A stretch of DNA of 64,000 bases from Desulfobacca acetoxidans (GCA_020722205.1 DYLF01000003.1:3891-67890), one strand, 5' to 3'; counted from the first letter of the stretch, positions 37,375 through 47,127 are shown. Translations and numbers: made by a program. Notes: a model not told the origin generated them from the letters alone.

Positions 37375-38091
37375 GTGCCCAGACTGGAAGTGAATGTTGA
37401 TCATGTGGCCACCCTGCGGCAAGCCCGTCTGATAGACGAGCCCGACCCGGTAACTGCCGCGGCCCTGGCCGAACTCGCGGGGGCGGACGGCATTATTGTC
37501 CATCTCCGCGAAGACCGGCGACATATTCAGGACCGCGATCTCAAGCTCTTGCGCCAGACGGTGAAAACTCATCTTAATTTGGAAATGGCGGCCACCCGGG
37601 AAATGTTGGAAATTGCTCGGACAGTTAAACCGGATGTCGTTACTTTGGTGCCGGAGAAGCGCCAGGAACTAACCACGGAGGGCGGCCTGAACGTCGTGGG
37701 CAACCAAAAGATGCTACGCGACTATCTCAAGCAGCTCAAAGAAGATGGGATAAGAGTGAGCTTGTTCATCGATCCCACTCCCCAACAGATAAACGCCGCC
37801 AAAGAAGTGGGGGCCATGTGGGTGGAGCTGCATACTGGCGCTTATGCCGAGGCCAGAGATGAAGTCCAGGCTCAGAAATTGTTCGACGAGCTTCTGGACG
37901 CCGCCCGACATGCCAGAACTCTGGGTTTGCGGGTAAAATGCGGCCACGGCCTTAATTATCGCAACATCAAGCGCTTCCGGGGACGTCAGGAGTTTGAGGA
38001 GTTCTCCATCGGCCACGCCATTATGGCGCGGGCCATATTAGTGGGGCTGGAAAGGGCAGTACGGGAGATGATTGATCTAATAAACGGCTGA
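37375..38091 (+). CDS. pdxJ: Pyridoxine 5'-phosphate synthase
   Basis: '[15 protein letters not shown]', '[12 protein letters not shown]' and 'VELHTG'. GTG start. Confidence 0.9.
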   Translation: MPRLEVNVDHVATLRQARLIDEPDPVTAAALAELAGADGIIVHLREDRRHIQDRDLKLLRQTVKTHLNLEMAATREMLEIARTVKPDVVTLVPEKRQELTTEGGLNVVGNQKMLRDYLKQLKEDGIRVSLFIDPTPQQINAAKEVGAMWVELHTGAYAEARDEVQAQKLFDELLDAARHARTLGLRVKCGHGLNYRNIKRFRGRQEFEEFSIGHAIMARAILVGLERAVREMIDLING

Positions 38092-38129
38092 ACCAAAGAC
38101 GTTTTCTGTTAAAACCAAGCCATTAGACC

Positions 38130-39038
38130 ATGCCCCCAACCAAAAACTCGCAACACGGAACCATCTTGATTGATCTGCACATTCACTCCACCGCCTCGGA
38201 CGGCTCACTCAGTCCTACCGAGGTAGTGCGTCTGGCCAAGGAGCGAGGTCTTAAAGCCATTGCCCTCACTGACCATGATACCGTGGATGGGGTGGCGGAA
38301 GCAGTGGCTGCTGGGAAGAGGGTGGGTTTGGAGGTCGTTCCGGGTATAGAGATCAGTGCCCGCTTTCCTGACGGCACCATGCATATTCTCGGCTATTTCG
38401 TGAATTACACCTCCGGTCGGTTGGCAGACCGCTTGGCGGTGTTGAAAAAGGCCCGGGCCGACCGAAACCCCCAGATCATCGCCAAACTGAACAAGTTGGG
38501 GATTCCTATAACCATGGCGCAGGTGAGTTACCTCTCCGGCGGCGGCCAAATCGGCCGGCCCCATATAGCCCGGGCTCTGTATGAAGGAGGCTATGTAGCC
38601 AACGTCCAGGACGCCTTTGACCTCTATCTGCGTCAAGGCGGCTTGGCTCATGTCAGCAAGTTCCGCTTTCCGCCGGAAGAGGCCATCGTCATGATCCAGG
38701 AGGCCCAGGGTGTCCCTGTTCTTGCTCATCCCTTTACCTTAGGTCTGAACTCACCTAAGGCCTTGAAAGCTTTCCTCCAGGAGCTTAAGGATGTGGGACT
38801 GGCCGGCCTGGAGGTATTTTATCCGGAACACTCCCAGGAACAAGAAGCGCTATACCTGAGGTTAGCTCGGGAGTTGGGCTTGCTGGTTACCGGCGGTTCA
38901 GACTTTCATGGCCTCAACAAGCCGGCGGTCCAGTTGGGACGTTCCCCTTGTCAACTTAGGATCACTTATCAGTTACTGGAACGTTTGAAGCTTTGGCGCC
39001 TTGAGCAATACGGGCCGCTGGACAGCACCGGGGAATGA
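38130..39038 (+). CDS. PHP-domain phosphoesterase (TrpH/YciV-like)
   Basis: 'IDLHIHSTASDGSLSP', 'ALTDHDT' and 'LAHP...GGSDFHG'. Confidence 0.8.
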   Translation: MPPTKNSQHGTILIDLHIHSTASDGSLSPTEVVRLAKERGLKAIALTDHDTVDGVAEAVAAGKRVGLEVVPGIEISARFPDGTMHILGYFVNYTSGRLADRLAVLKKARADRNPQIIAKLNKLGIPITMAQVSYLSGGGQIGRPHIARALYEGGYVANVQDAFDLYLRQGGLAHVSKFRFPPEEAIVMIQEAQGVPVLAHPFTLGLNSPKALKAFLQELKDVGLAGLEVFYPEHSQEQEALYLRLARELGLLVTGGSDFHGLNKPAVQLGRSPCQLRITYQLLERLKLWRLEQYGPLDSTGE

Positions 39039-40135
39039 GAACATTTCCTATTTTTCGTCCCCGGTTGCTGGAGAACTATCTGAGCCGGGAATTTCTCAAG
39101 CTCCTGGGTATGACCTTGGGAGCTTTCCTTGCCATTTTTCTGATTGTAGATTTCTTTGAAAAGATTGATAAGCTGACCCGTGCTGCACTGGGAGCCGGGC
39201 ATCTCTCTCTTTACCTCGCTCTGAAAATTCCCTTCGCCTTGGGATGGGTATTACCCATCGCCCTGCTGTTGGCTGTCATCCTGACTTTTGGCCTGTTGGG
39301 GGGGTCCCAGGAAATTATGGCCATCAAGACCGCCGGTCTGGATATCGTCCAAGTGGCCCGGCCCATCCTGACGGTAGGCATCCTGGCGGGCGGTGTTCTG
39401 TTATTTTGCAATGCTTTCGTGATCCCTTGGAGCCAAGCCAGACTGAACAGCTTCTGGGAGACCCAGGTATTGAAAAAGCCAGCCCGCAGCCTCGTAAATC
39501 TGGAGCAGTTCTGGTACAAAGGCGACCAGGCAATCTTTAATATTCTTTTATTTCGCAAGGACCTCCAGGTCTTGGAAGGGGTGAGAATATACTTTTTCAA
39601 TCGGGACTTTCATCTGACTCAGGTCATCAGCGCCAAAAAGGCCCAGTGGCAGGGTAATTTTTGGCGCTTATCACAAGGTTTTCTCCAGAATTTCCCTCCT
39701 ACTGAGGGAGACTCGAGGAGAAAATTTCAGGAATTTGATTTGGTTCTGACGGAACGACCTGAGGATTTCAGGGCCTTAGAAAAGAAGGTCAGTGAGATGA
39801 ATCTGATAGAATTGACCAACATGATCAGACGTCTGGAACGTGATAACTATAAGTCCACTTCCTACCGGGTGGAAAAACAAAATCGCCTCTCCCAAGGTCT
39901 GATACCCATTATTTTAACTCTCATGGGGCTGGGGCTGGCTTTAAGACAGGAAAAAATCTATCTCTCGGCCACAGTTGCCCTGGCTCTGGTTCTCCTATTT
40001 GGATACTGGTTGTTGATGGGTTTTGGCACCTCCTTGGCCCAAGCTGACCGTTGGCCGGTTTTCTGGGCAGTTTGGCTGCCTCACGGCGCCATGGTTGTAT
40101 TGGCTTTCTTCCTGCTTCGCCAAGCGCGACGGTGA
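39035..40135 (+). CDS. LptF/LptG-family LPS export permease
   Basis: YjgP/YjgQ-type N-terminus 'LENYLSREFLKLLGMTLGAFLAIFLIVDFFEKIDKL'. Six-TM layout with a periplasmic insert. ATGA overlap with the PHP gene. Confidence 0.8.
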   Translation: MRTFPIFRPRLLENYLSREFLKLLGMTLGAFLAIFLIVDFFEKIDKLTRAALGAGHLSLYLALKIPFALGWVLPIALLLAVILTFGLLGGSQEIMAIKTAGLDIVQVARPILTVGILAGGVLLFCNAFVIPWSQARLNSFWETQVLKKPARSLVNLEQFWYKGDQAIFNILLFRKDLQVLEGVRIYFFNRDFHLTQVISAKKAQWQGNFWRLSQGFLQNFPPTEGDSRRKFQEFDLVLTERPEDFRALEKKVSEMNLIELTNMIRRLERDNYKSTSYRVEKQNRLSQGLIPIILTLMGLGLALRQEKIYLSATVALALVLLFGYWLLMGFGTSLAQADRWPVFWAVWLPHGAMVVLAFFLLRQARR

Positions 40136-40387
40136 GAAAGAAGATAATTCTTAGAAAAACCTGACTATCCCTTAATTTTTTATTGTCATGGCTGACTATT
40201 TTATGCTATCAAGGGGGAACTGCACGTTAATTGAGGAGTTGGCCACAGTTCACCGAAAACCTTAGGAAGGGAAATCTTTTAAAGGGGGTATGAAAAAAAG
40301 CATAAGAATACGAAGGCGACGGTCTGGTAATAGCAAGTTTCAGGGAATATCAACTACTTCTGTTAAAATTACCAAGAGGGGGAAGAT

Positions 40388-40660
40388 ATGACCAAGGGAG
40401 AGCTTATTGCCCAGGTGGCGGGAGAGGCCCAGATTAAAAAAGTTGAGGCGGAAAAAGCTCTGAACGCGATGATTCAGGTAGTCACGGACGCCTTGAAGAA
40501 AGATGGCCGTTTGGCGATGGCGGGCTTCGGCACCTTCGTGGTGACAGAGAGGAAGGCCAGGGAGGGACGTAATCCCCAAACCGGTAAACCCATTAAAATT
40601 CCTGCAACCAAAGTAGTAAAATTTAAACCTGGGAAGCAGTTGAAGGATTCGGTGAAGTGA
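40388..40660 (+). CDS. hup: HU-family DNA-binding protein
   Basis: 'MTKGELI', 'GFGTFVVTERKAREGRNPQTGKPIKIPA' and 'KFKPGK'. Confidence 0.9.
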   Translation: MTKGELIAQVAGEAQIKKVEAEKALNAMIQVVTDALKKDGRLAMAGFGTFVVTERKAREGRNPQTGKPIKIPATKVVKFKPGKQLKDSVK

Positions 40661-41271
40661 ACCTGACCGGTTAAGGGTCTCTGCCTGGTGTCCACCAACC
40701 ATATCATTTTCCATGCTCGGCGATGGTATGGCTAGCCGGTGATAGAGACTTTTGCCCACAAGGTGGATTTCTGACCACGGTTCCCTAATTGTTTTCCGGG
40801 AAAAAGGCCAGATCAAACTGACAAACTCATCAATACAACCAAGCTGGGGACTCCCGAAAATCTTCATGACCCAGGGGCGGTGGAATGTTGTCTCAAGATT
40901 CTGAGATTGGTAAGACTTTTGCTGTTATACTAATTGGTCAGAATCAGTAAACCTCGCCGCCCCAGGGTTGAAATTTTCTTGTCGTAAGCCTCTCCCGATA
41001 CCGACATCACATTTGTGACAAGGTTTGGGGTGTAAAGTGAAAAGGCTTATCCGTAACCGCTTTTCGCTAACCCCTGTTGGGAGAAAAAGTCCCCCTTGCC
41101 ATGGTAAAACAAAGAGGTATTTTTTCTGCCGCCAACCAGGGCAGTATAACCCTAGTCCATTTCGTTCATGCGTCTGCCGCAACACTCTGGGATAAGATCG
41201 CTGACTGGCGCGGTTTAAAAAGTGTTGCATTGCATGCAGAGGCAGGTCTTTCGTGTTTTCAGCGCCCTGCC

Positions 41272-41622
41272 TTAATTTTCCAATGGACGCTCATAATTTT
41301 CGTCCACCTGCCAGCCTCTCTCTACCCAGGCTTCAATGGAGGGTGGATAGCTGCCGGCAAAAAAATCCTTGTTGTCTTTGGTATCCTCCATTTTCACCAC
41401 CACCACCACGTTATCCTTGTGCACCCGGTAGCCCCATTCGAAGTTCTGCTGAGTAGAAGGAGCAGTGGCTTTACCTTCATAGATGATGGTATCACCTTCC
41501 CTTTTTACCTTAGAATAGGTGAAGCAACAATCCAAACCGCCGCCACCGCAACCACACTTGCCGCGTCGCAGCTCCAAACCATCCACTCCAAGTCCCCCAG
41601 GAATTCGTTCGATCTTGACCAT
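41272..41622 (-). CDS. Hypothetical small soluble protein with an N-terminal Cys cluster (C-x-C-x7-CC)
   Basis: 116-aa ORF with balanced composition. 'RRGKCGCGGGGLDCC' is followed by a beta-rich region. An AAGGGAA RBS-like element lies 7-13 nt upstream of the ATG. The overlapping plus-strand ORF looks like an antisense shadow ('HFHHHHH'). Confidence 0.5.
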   Translation of the reverse strand: MVKIERIPGGLGVDGLELRRGKCGCGGGGLDCCFTYSKVKREGDTIIYEGKATAPSTQQNFEWGYRVHKDNVVVVVKMEDTKDNKDFFAGSYPPSIEAWVERGWQVDENYERPLEN

Positions 41623-42164
41623 GTTCTATTCCCTTTTTTTAATATCTTTTACTATATAATATTAATTTTCTTTTCTATGGAATCAAGACTCCAAATGATT
41701 TTTTCAGAGAATTGAGTTCTTAGAAGAAAATAGAAAAATTTGGACTATCCGGTGGCCGGTTCCGAAAATGCCTGCTACCACCATTTCCCAGCCTGCTCAG
41801 GCTCATCCATTTGATCTATCCTTAGATCTAAAAATTATTTTAATAATTTACAGCTAAATGCCGAAAACCCGATTGGAAGGCCGGACAGTAGGCGCGGCGG
41901 AAAAATTTCTTGACCGGTGTTATTTTTTAAATAAAATTTTTAGTATAAGCATCTAATTGTTAAGAACCTGTTATTTTCAAATAATAATCTTAACAGTGGG
42001 GAGAAACAAGGAGGGGGAGCCAAGGTGGGGGAAATCGCCAGCGGTCCCTAACGAGTTCAGGGGCTTGATCGTCGCCACGGTTATCTTCTGAGCCGGCTGC
42101 CTTTCTGAGTTCTTCCCTTAACGGAAAAACCTTGACGCAGAAAAATGGACTTCGTCATACCTGT

Positions 42165-44921
42165 ATGTCTTTCATACGGGTAATGAGCCGGGGGGCCTGG
42201 TTGATCATTGGGTTGGCCTTGATCCTGGCTGTCCTGTCGGTCTATTGTGCCCTCAATTATCTTTCTTTCCGCACCAGCCGCAGCGATCTGGTGGCCAGTG
42301 ACCAGCGTCTGATTCTCCAAGCTGAGAAGTTGGATCAAGAATTCGGCTGCCGAGACGGTCTGGTGGTGGTGGTGGAGAACGGCCATCCCAGTCCGTCGAT
42401 AGCCTTCGCCGAAGCCTTGGCCGAGGAGTTACGGCACAAGTACCCCATCCAGTTCCCCGAACTTTTTTATCGCCTGCATCCTGATAGCTTAAAGCATTGG
42501 GCCCTGTTGTATCTTGAACCGGCCCAGTTACAGGAAATTATCCGCAAGCTGGAAGAGCATCGCGAGGTTCTCGCCTCATTGGCAGCTGAGCCTTCCCTGT
42601 TGCGCTTTTTCCAGATAGTCAACGAAGAGCTCACAGGCGCTATGATCAATGAGCTCTTCACGGGTTTTCTGGGTGAAGATCAGGAGCAGGAAAAGCTCCC
42701 TGATCTTGGTCTGCTCAATGCCACACTTAGTCGCCTTTATGACTCCCTGGAAGGGGCTAAACCTTATGCTTCCCCCTTCTCGACCTTCTTTCCCAAAGAG
42801 CTGGAGGACCTCAGTTCCGCCGGGTATTTTTTTACGGAGAACGATAAATACCTACTGGTTCTGGTGACGCCGGAGGAAGAAAGCTACACCGGTTCCAGCC
42901 GAGCGGTCAAGGTTTTGCGCCGGGTGGTGGCGCAGGTGAAGGAGCGCTTCCCAGAGGTCAAGGCCGGGGTGACCGGCCCTTTGGCACTGGAAGCTGATGA
43001 GATGACCAGTGCCTTAAGCGATATCAGCTTGGCGACCTGGCTCTCCCTGGTGGGTCAGATGGTCTTGCTGGTAATTTTTCTCCGCAGCTTAAAAAGGACG
43101 CTGTTAGAGTGTGTCGTCTTGTTAATTGGCCTTTGTTGGACCTTCGGCCTGGTCACCTTGGCCATTGGCCATCTCAATCTCTTGTCCATAGTGTTTGCGC
43201 CGTTGATGTTGGGTCTGACTATTGATTACGGCATCCACTGGTTTTGCCGTTTGGAGGAGGAGCAGACCCAGGGCGGACGAAGCAACGCCGAGAATCTGAC
43301 CTGCACTTTAAGAAGGGCCACCCCGGGTATCATTTATGCCGCCTTGGCTGCCGCCGTCTCTTTTTTTCCCTTGGTGTTCACCGGTTTCAAAGGCTTGGCA
43401 GAGCTGGGACTGATTCTTACCCTCGGGGTTTTAATCATGCTGGCGGCCACCCTGGTGCTGCTCCCCTGTCTGGTCATTGTTACGGAGCGCTGCACAATCC
43501 TGGAGATCGAGAAGGAGTGCGTTGGTCAACCCCGCCCCTTTCTGGCTCTGCGGTGGCGTCGACCCGGGTGGTTGGTGCTCTTGGGGGTAAGCTTAATGGC
43601 CCTGGGTGGTGTCAGTCTCTGGCAGGTCCCCTTTGATCTAAATCCCCTGCACTTGCAGAATCAAAAAACCGAGTCAGTGGAGTGGGAGTTGAAGCTTCTC
43701 CAGGACTCTCGCTATTCCACCTCCTACGGGGCCTTGAAAGCCGCAAGCCTTCAAGAGCTTCAGGAAAAATCCGCTGCTCTGAAAAAGCTCCCCACCGTCT
43801 CCCATGTGGAGTCCATCTTGTCTTTTCTGCCGGCTGACACCGCAGCCAAGATGCCGCTCCGGCAAGAATTGGCCGAGATTTTGGGCGACATTGACTTTCC
43901 AGCGGCCTTCCCCGGCTCCTGTACTCCCCAGGAATTGGCCAATATCTTGGGACGGATGCACTTCAAACTGGAACAGGCAGAAGCGGCTGACTGGCGACCG
44001 GAAGATAAAAGCACCCTGGATCAGGTCAAGGAGGCCAACCGCCTGTTGACCCAAATTGTTACCCTATTGAATTCTCCGAACCGACAGGAAGTGGGCGGGC
44101 GGTTGGCCGCCTTTGGGCAGAAATTTTTTCTTGATTTGAAAGATAAATGGGAATTTCTGAAGAATAATGTCACTTCGCCGGCCCCCCGCATAGAAGATTT
44201 GCCCGAAGATGTCCGGAAGCGTTTCGTCAGTCAGTTGGGAAACTACCTTATCCGGGTGTTCCCGGCACAGGACATCTGGGACCCTACCCCGCTGGCGAGG
44301 TTTGTTCAAGACATGCGCAGTGTGGACGCCAAGGTGGTAGGAGACCCGGTGCTCCTGCACGTCTTCACCCTGGCCTTCCGCAATGCCTGTTTGTGGGCGG
44401 CCGGTATGGCTCTGGCGGCCATTACTATCCTGCTTTTTCTGCTCTTCCGCAGCGTCAAAATGACCTTATTGGCCCTGCTCCCCTTGGCCCTCGGGACAGG
44501 TTGGACCATTAACCTGATGTGGCTTCTGAATATCCCCTTCAATCAGGCCAACGTCCTTTTTCTGCCTCTTATTCTGGGGGAAGCCATTGAATTCGGCATC
44601 ATTATCGTGGTGCGTTGGATGCAGGAGGAATCGGCTCGAGCTATCACTTTGCCGGCCAGCACCGCCAAGGGTGTGATTTTATCCGCCCTAACCACCACCG
44701 TGGGCTTCGGCAGCTTGATGGTGTCAGGCCATCGGGGCACCTTCAGCCTGGGGCTGTTGGCCACTGTGGGCAGTCTCAGTGTACTTTTGGCTTCCGTGAG
44801 CGTTCTTCCTGCTTTCCTGCGCCTCCTGGAAGGCCGGCAGCGCAGCCCGCTATTGGCCCCCTACCACATCTTTGAGTTCCGACGTTGGCTGTCAAAGTTC
44901 GTAGGAAAAGAACAGACATGA
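42165..44921 (+). CDS. MMPL/RND-superfamily transporter (HpnN-like, two 6-TM bundles with large periplasmic loops)
   Basis: The topology is repeated twice: a TM helix, a large loop, then five TM helices. The SSD-like region includes 'GLTIDYGIHW'. The start could be 42132, 42165 or 42183. Confidence 0.75.
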   Translation: MSFIRVMSRGAWLIIGLALILAVLSVYCALNYLSFRTSRSDLVASDQRLILQAEKLDQEFGCRDGLVVVVENGHPSPSIAFAEALAEELRHKYPIQFPELFYRLHPDSLKHWALLYLEPAQLQEIIRKLEEHREVLASLAAEPSLLRFFQIVNEELTGAMINELFTGFLGEDQEQEKLPDLGLLNATLSRLYDSLEGAKPYASPFSTFFPKELEDLSSAGYFFTENDKYLLVLVTPEEESYTGSSRAVKVLRRVVAQVKERFPEVKAGVTGPLALEADEMTSALSDISLATWLSLVGQMVLLVIFLRSLKRTLLECVVLLIGLCWTFGLVTLAIGHLNLLSIVFAPLMLGLTIDYGIHWFCRLEEEQTQGGRSNAENLTCTLRRATPGIIYAALAAAVSFFPLVFTGFKGLAELGLILTLGVLIMLAATLVLLPCLVIVTERCTILEIEKECVGQPRPFLALRWRRPGWLVLLGVSLMALGGVSLWQVPFDLNPLHLQNQKTESVEWELKLLQDSRYSTSYGALKAASLQELQEKSAALKKLPTVSHVESILSFLPADTAAKMPLRQELAEILGDIDFPAAFPGSCTPQELANILGRMHFKLEQAEAADWRPEDKSTLDQVKEANRLLTQIVTLLNSPNRQEVGGRLAAFGQKFFLDLKDKWEFLKNNVTSPAPRIEDLPEDVRKRFVSQLGNYLIRVFPAQDIWDPTPLARFVQDMRSVDAKVVGDPVLLHVFTLAFRNACLWAAGMALAAITILLFLLFRSVKMTLLALLPLALGTGWTINLMWLLNIPFNQANVLFLPLILGEAIEFGIIIVVRWMQEESARAITLPASTAKGVILSALTTTVGFGSLMVSGHRGTFSLGLLATVGSLSVLLASVSVLPAFLRLLEGRQRSPLLAPYHIFEFRRWLSKFVGKEQT

Positions 44922-45520
44922 TCAGACGCTACGCTCTCTTTGTCATGGTTCTATTGGTTGGCTGTCTCTGGCGCTCTTATGCCCTAGCCTCTGGTCCCAC
45001 TTCATTTGTCAAGGGCATCATGGATCGCGTACTTGCCATCCAAAACGATCCCGCTTTGGCCGGCGCCGCCCATGAGCAGGCCCGTGCCCAGGCCATCCGT
45101 GAGATTATTCAAAAAAGCTTTGACTTTCCCCATATGGCCAAGAGCTCCCTGGGGTCCGCTTATGGCCGCCTCAGCTCCGGGCAGCGCCCGGAATTTACCA
45201 AAGTTTTCAGTTACCTCTTCCAGGATTCCTATACCCGTCTGGTGTTGAATTTTCTCAAAAAAGAGACGGTAAATTATCATCAGGAAATCCGGCAGGGGAG
45301 CCAAGCCAGGGTGAATACCACCTTGATCCGCACCAATGAAACCATCCCAGTGGATTACCTTCTCCACCAAAACTCACATGGCTGGCTATTATATGACGTC
45401 ATCGTGGACGGTGTGAGCATTCTTAATAACTATAAGAGCCAGTTTGCCAAGACTATTCAGAGTAAATCCTTTGAGTTTCTTCTGGAGCGGTTAAAAAGCC
45501 AATATCGGGCGATGCAATAG
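44918..45520 (+). CDS. MlaC/Ttg2D-family lipid-binding periplasmic protein
   Basis: Signal peptide, then 'FDFPHMAKSSLG', 'FTKVFSYLFQDSY' and 'GWLLYDVIVDGVSILNNYKSQF'. ATGA overlap with the MMPL stop. Confidence 0.75.
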   Translation: MIRRYALFVMVLLVGCLWRSYALASGPTSFVKGIMDRVLAIQNDPALAGAAHEQARAQAIREIIQKSFDFPHMAKSSLGSAYGRLSSGQRPEFTKVFSYLFQDSYTRLVLNFLKKETVNYHQEIRQGSQARVNTTLIRTNETIPVDYLLHQNSHGWLLYDVIVDGVSILNNYKSQFAKTIQSKSFEFLLERLKSQYRAMQ

Positions 45521-45681
45521 TAGTTCCCTAAACTTATTGGAACAAAGCGCACTCCGAAGAGAAGATTGCAATCATCTTCGACCAGAAGTTGGCGAAATTA
45601 CTCTGCCTTGGAGAAAATTTTAAAATCAGTTTAAAGTTTTGCCCTCGGTCAACCGACCTAGCAGTTAAAAGGAGGGTAATC

Positions 45682-45846
45682 ATGGGATGGATTTCGCTGC
45701 CTGTTATTGGCGGGACGGCTTTCTTCCTGGGTGGCCTGTTGTGGGTGTTATGGCGGTTGGCTCGGATGGAGTCAGGATCACCGGCGCTAGCATGGTTTGG
45801 CCAGTATGCTGAGGAGATACCGAACCAAACTCTGTTAAAAGAATGA
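45682..45846 (+). CDS. Small single-TM membrane protein (54 aa)
   Basis: Strong RBS AAAGGAGGG lies 6 nt upstream of the ATG. One hydrophobic helix, 'ISLPVIGGTAFFLGGLLWVLW'. Confidence 0.35.
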   Translation: MGWISLPVIGGTAFFLGGLLWVLWRLARMESGSPALAWFGQYAEEIPNQTLLKE

Positions 45847-46120
45847 GCGATGAGATTGGTGAAGATTGAAACGGGTTCATTTTATCCCGAAGAATTGATC
45901 TTCGCCGATTATGGCTGGTCAATTTTCCCACCTTACCCGCAAAAAGAACAGCCCTGGTAACGGGGAGTTCTTCTCTCGGACTTAGAGGCCTAAGCCACTG
46001 AGAAAACGGTGTCAGTCCAATTCTGTCCGAATAGTCTAATGGTAGTGAAAACAGTTTTATTTCAAAATCCAGAGCGAGCTTACGGCTCCCGGTTGAATAA
46101 TCACTGAATCATTAAATGCC

Positions 46121-46867
46121 ATGCCCCACTCTTCTGACCTCCAGGCTCTGGCCGGCCTCCTCCAGATCCCCCAGCGTGTGGTGGTCCTCACCGGGGCCGG
46201 CGTTTCCCACGAAAGCGGCATTCCCACCTTTCGGGGATCTGGGGGCCTGTGGCGCCATTACCGCCCCGAAGATTTGGCCACCCCCCAGGCCTTTGCCCGG
46301 GAGCCGGAACTGGTCTGGGAATGGTATCACTGGCGGCGCACCCTCATCGCCCAGGCGCGGCCCAATCCGGCGCACCATGCCTTGGTCGCCCTGGAAGCCA
46401 GGAGTCCTGATTTCACCCTGCTGACACAGAACGTTGACGGCCTGCATGCCTTGGCCGGTTCCCGCCGCCTCATCGAAATCCATGGCAGCATCTGGGAAGT
46501 GCGCTGCACCGTTTGCCAGGCCGTCACTGTGGAGCGGCGTCTGGATCTACCTCCCCTGCCCCGCTGCCCTTCCTGTGGCGGCCTGCTGCGCCCCAACGTC
46601 GTCTGGTTCGGCGAAGCCCTGGACGCCGAGCGTCTGGTTGCTGCCAGCGAGGCGGCACAACACGCCCAGGTCATGCTGGTGGTGGGTACCTCCGCCGTAG
46701 TGCAGCCCGCCGCCTCTTTTGCCCTCTGGGCCAAACGCGCCGGCGCCTGCCTAGCGGAATTCAACCTGGAGCCCACCCCCTTGACGCGACACTGCGACTT
46801 TGCTTTCCACGGCCAAGCCGGGGAACTCTTACCCGCTTTTCTTGCCAGTCTGGCCTCCCGGCTTTGA
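46121..46867 (+). CDS. cobB: NAD-dependent protein deacylase (Sir2/CobB family)
   Basis: 'VVVLTGAGVSHESGIPTFRG', 'TQNVDGLH' and Zn ribbon 'CTVC...CPSCGGLLRPNVVWFGE'. Confidence 0.85.
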   Translation: MPHSSDLQALAGLLQIPQRVVVLTGAGVSHESGIPTFRGSGGLWRHYRPEDLATPQAFAREPELVWEWYHWRRTLIAQARPNPAHHALVALEARSPDFTLLTQNVDGLHALAGSRRLIEIHGSIWEVRCTVCQAVTVERRLDLPPLPRCPSCGGLLRPNVVWFGEALDAERLVAASEAAQHAQVMLVVGTSAVVQPAASFALWAKRAGACLAEFNLEPTPLTRHCDFAFHGQAGELLPAFLASLASRL

Positions 46868-47127
46868 AATCTTCATGGCTAACTTTAGCCATCCTGTCTA
46901 CGAAATTTTATAATGCCTAGGCCTATAAAGGCATCTTCCAAAAACGACACTAACTTTCCCTGAACTTTTTAAGGGTGGAGAAAAATAAGAGTGGCTCTTC
47001 CATGGAGTGATAGGAAAGCGTCTCTGGGTAAAGGCTCTTCTCCGGCCCTCCCGCCGCGGGTAGTAATTCACACTACAAAACTAGTGGTTCAGTTGTTTTT
47101 ACCAGGGAAATGAGGTAAAAAAACCAT

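Noticed and set aside
40340-40867. 175-aa minus-strand ORF
   Set aside because: It lies antisense to the unambiguous HU gene (40388-40660) and is a shadow ORF.
40925-41230. 101-aa minus-strand ORF in the long non-coding stretch
   Set aside because: It is Arg/Gly/Leu-rich with low-complexity composition, has no RBS and no recognisable motif. I treat the region as non-coding pending evidence.
41077-41715. 212-aa plus-strand ORF overlapping the Cys-cluster gene
   Set aside because: It contains 'HFHHHHH', the antisense image of the VVVVV codons. It also has a T-rich tail derived from AT-rich intergenic DNA, and I see no RBS. The minus-strand ORF has the better composition and an RBS-like element.
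40661-42164. Structured housekeeping RNA (tmRNA, RNase P, SRP, 6S, tRNA) in the ORF-poor region
   Set aside because: I could not find the conserved hallmarks by eye: the tRNA T-arm GGTTCGA-type motifs, the RNase P 'GAGGAAAGTCC' box, the tmRNA 3' end or the SRP GGAA/AGCAG motif. An Infernal scan is still needed, so this rejection is weak.
46121-46867. Sir2-domain gene as a candidate anti-phage (Thoeris/DSR-like) effector
   Set aside because: It is a compact 248-aa CobB-type sirtuin with an intact Zn ribbon and standard NAD motifs. It has no fused or adjacent sensor/partner genes, and its neighbours are housekeeping genes.
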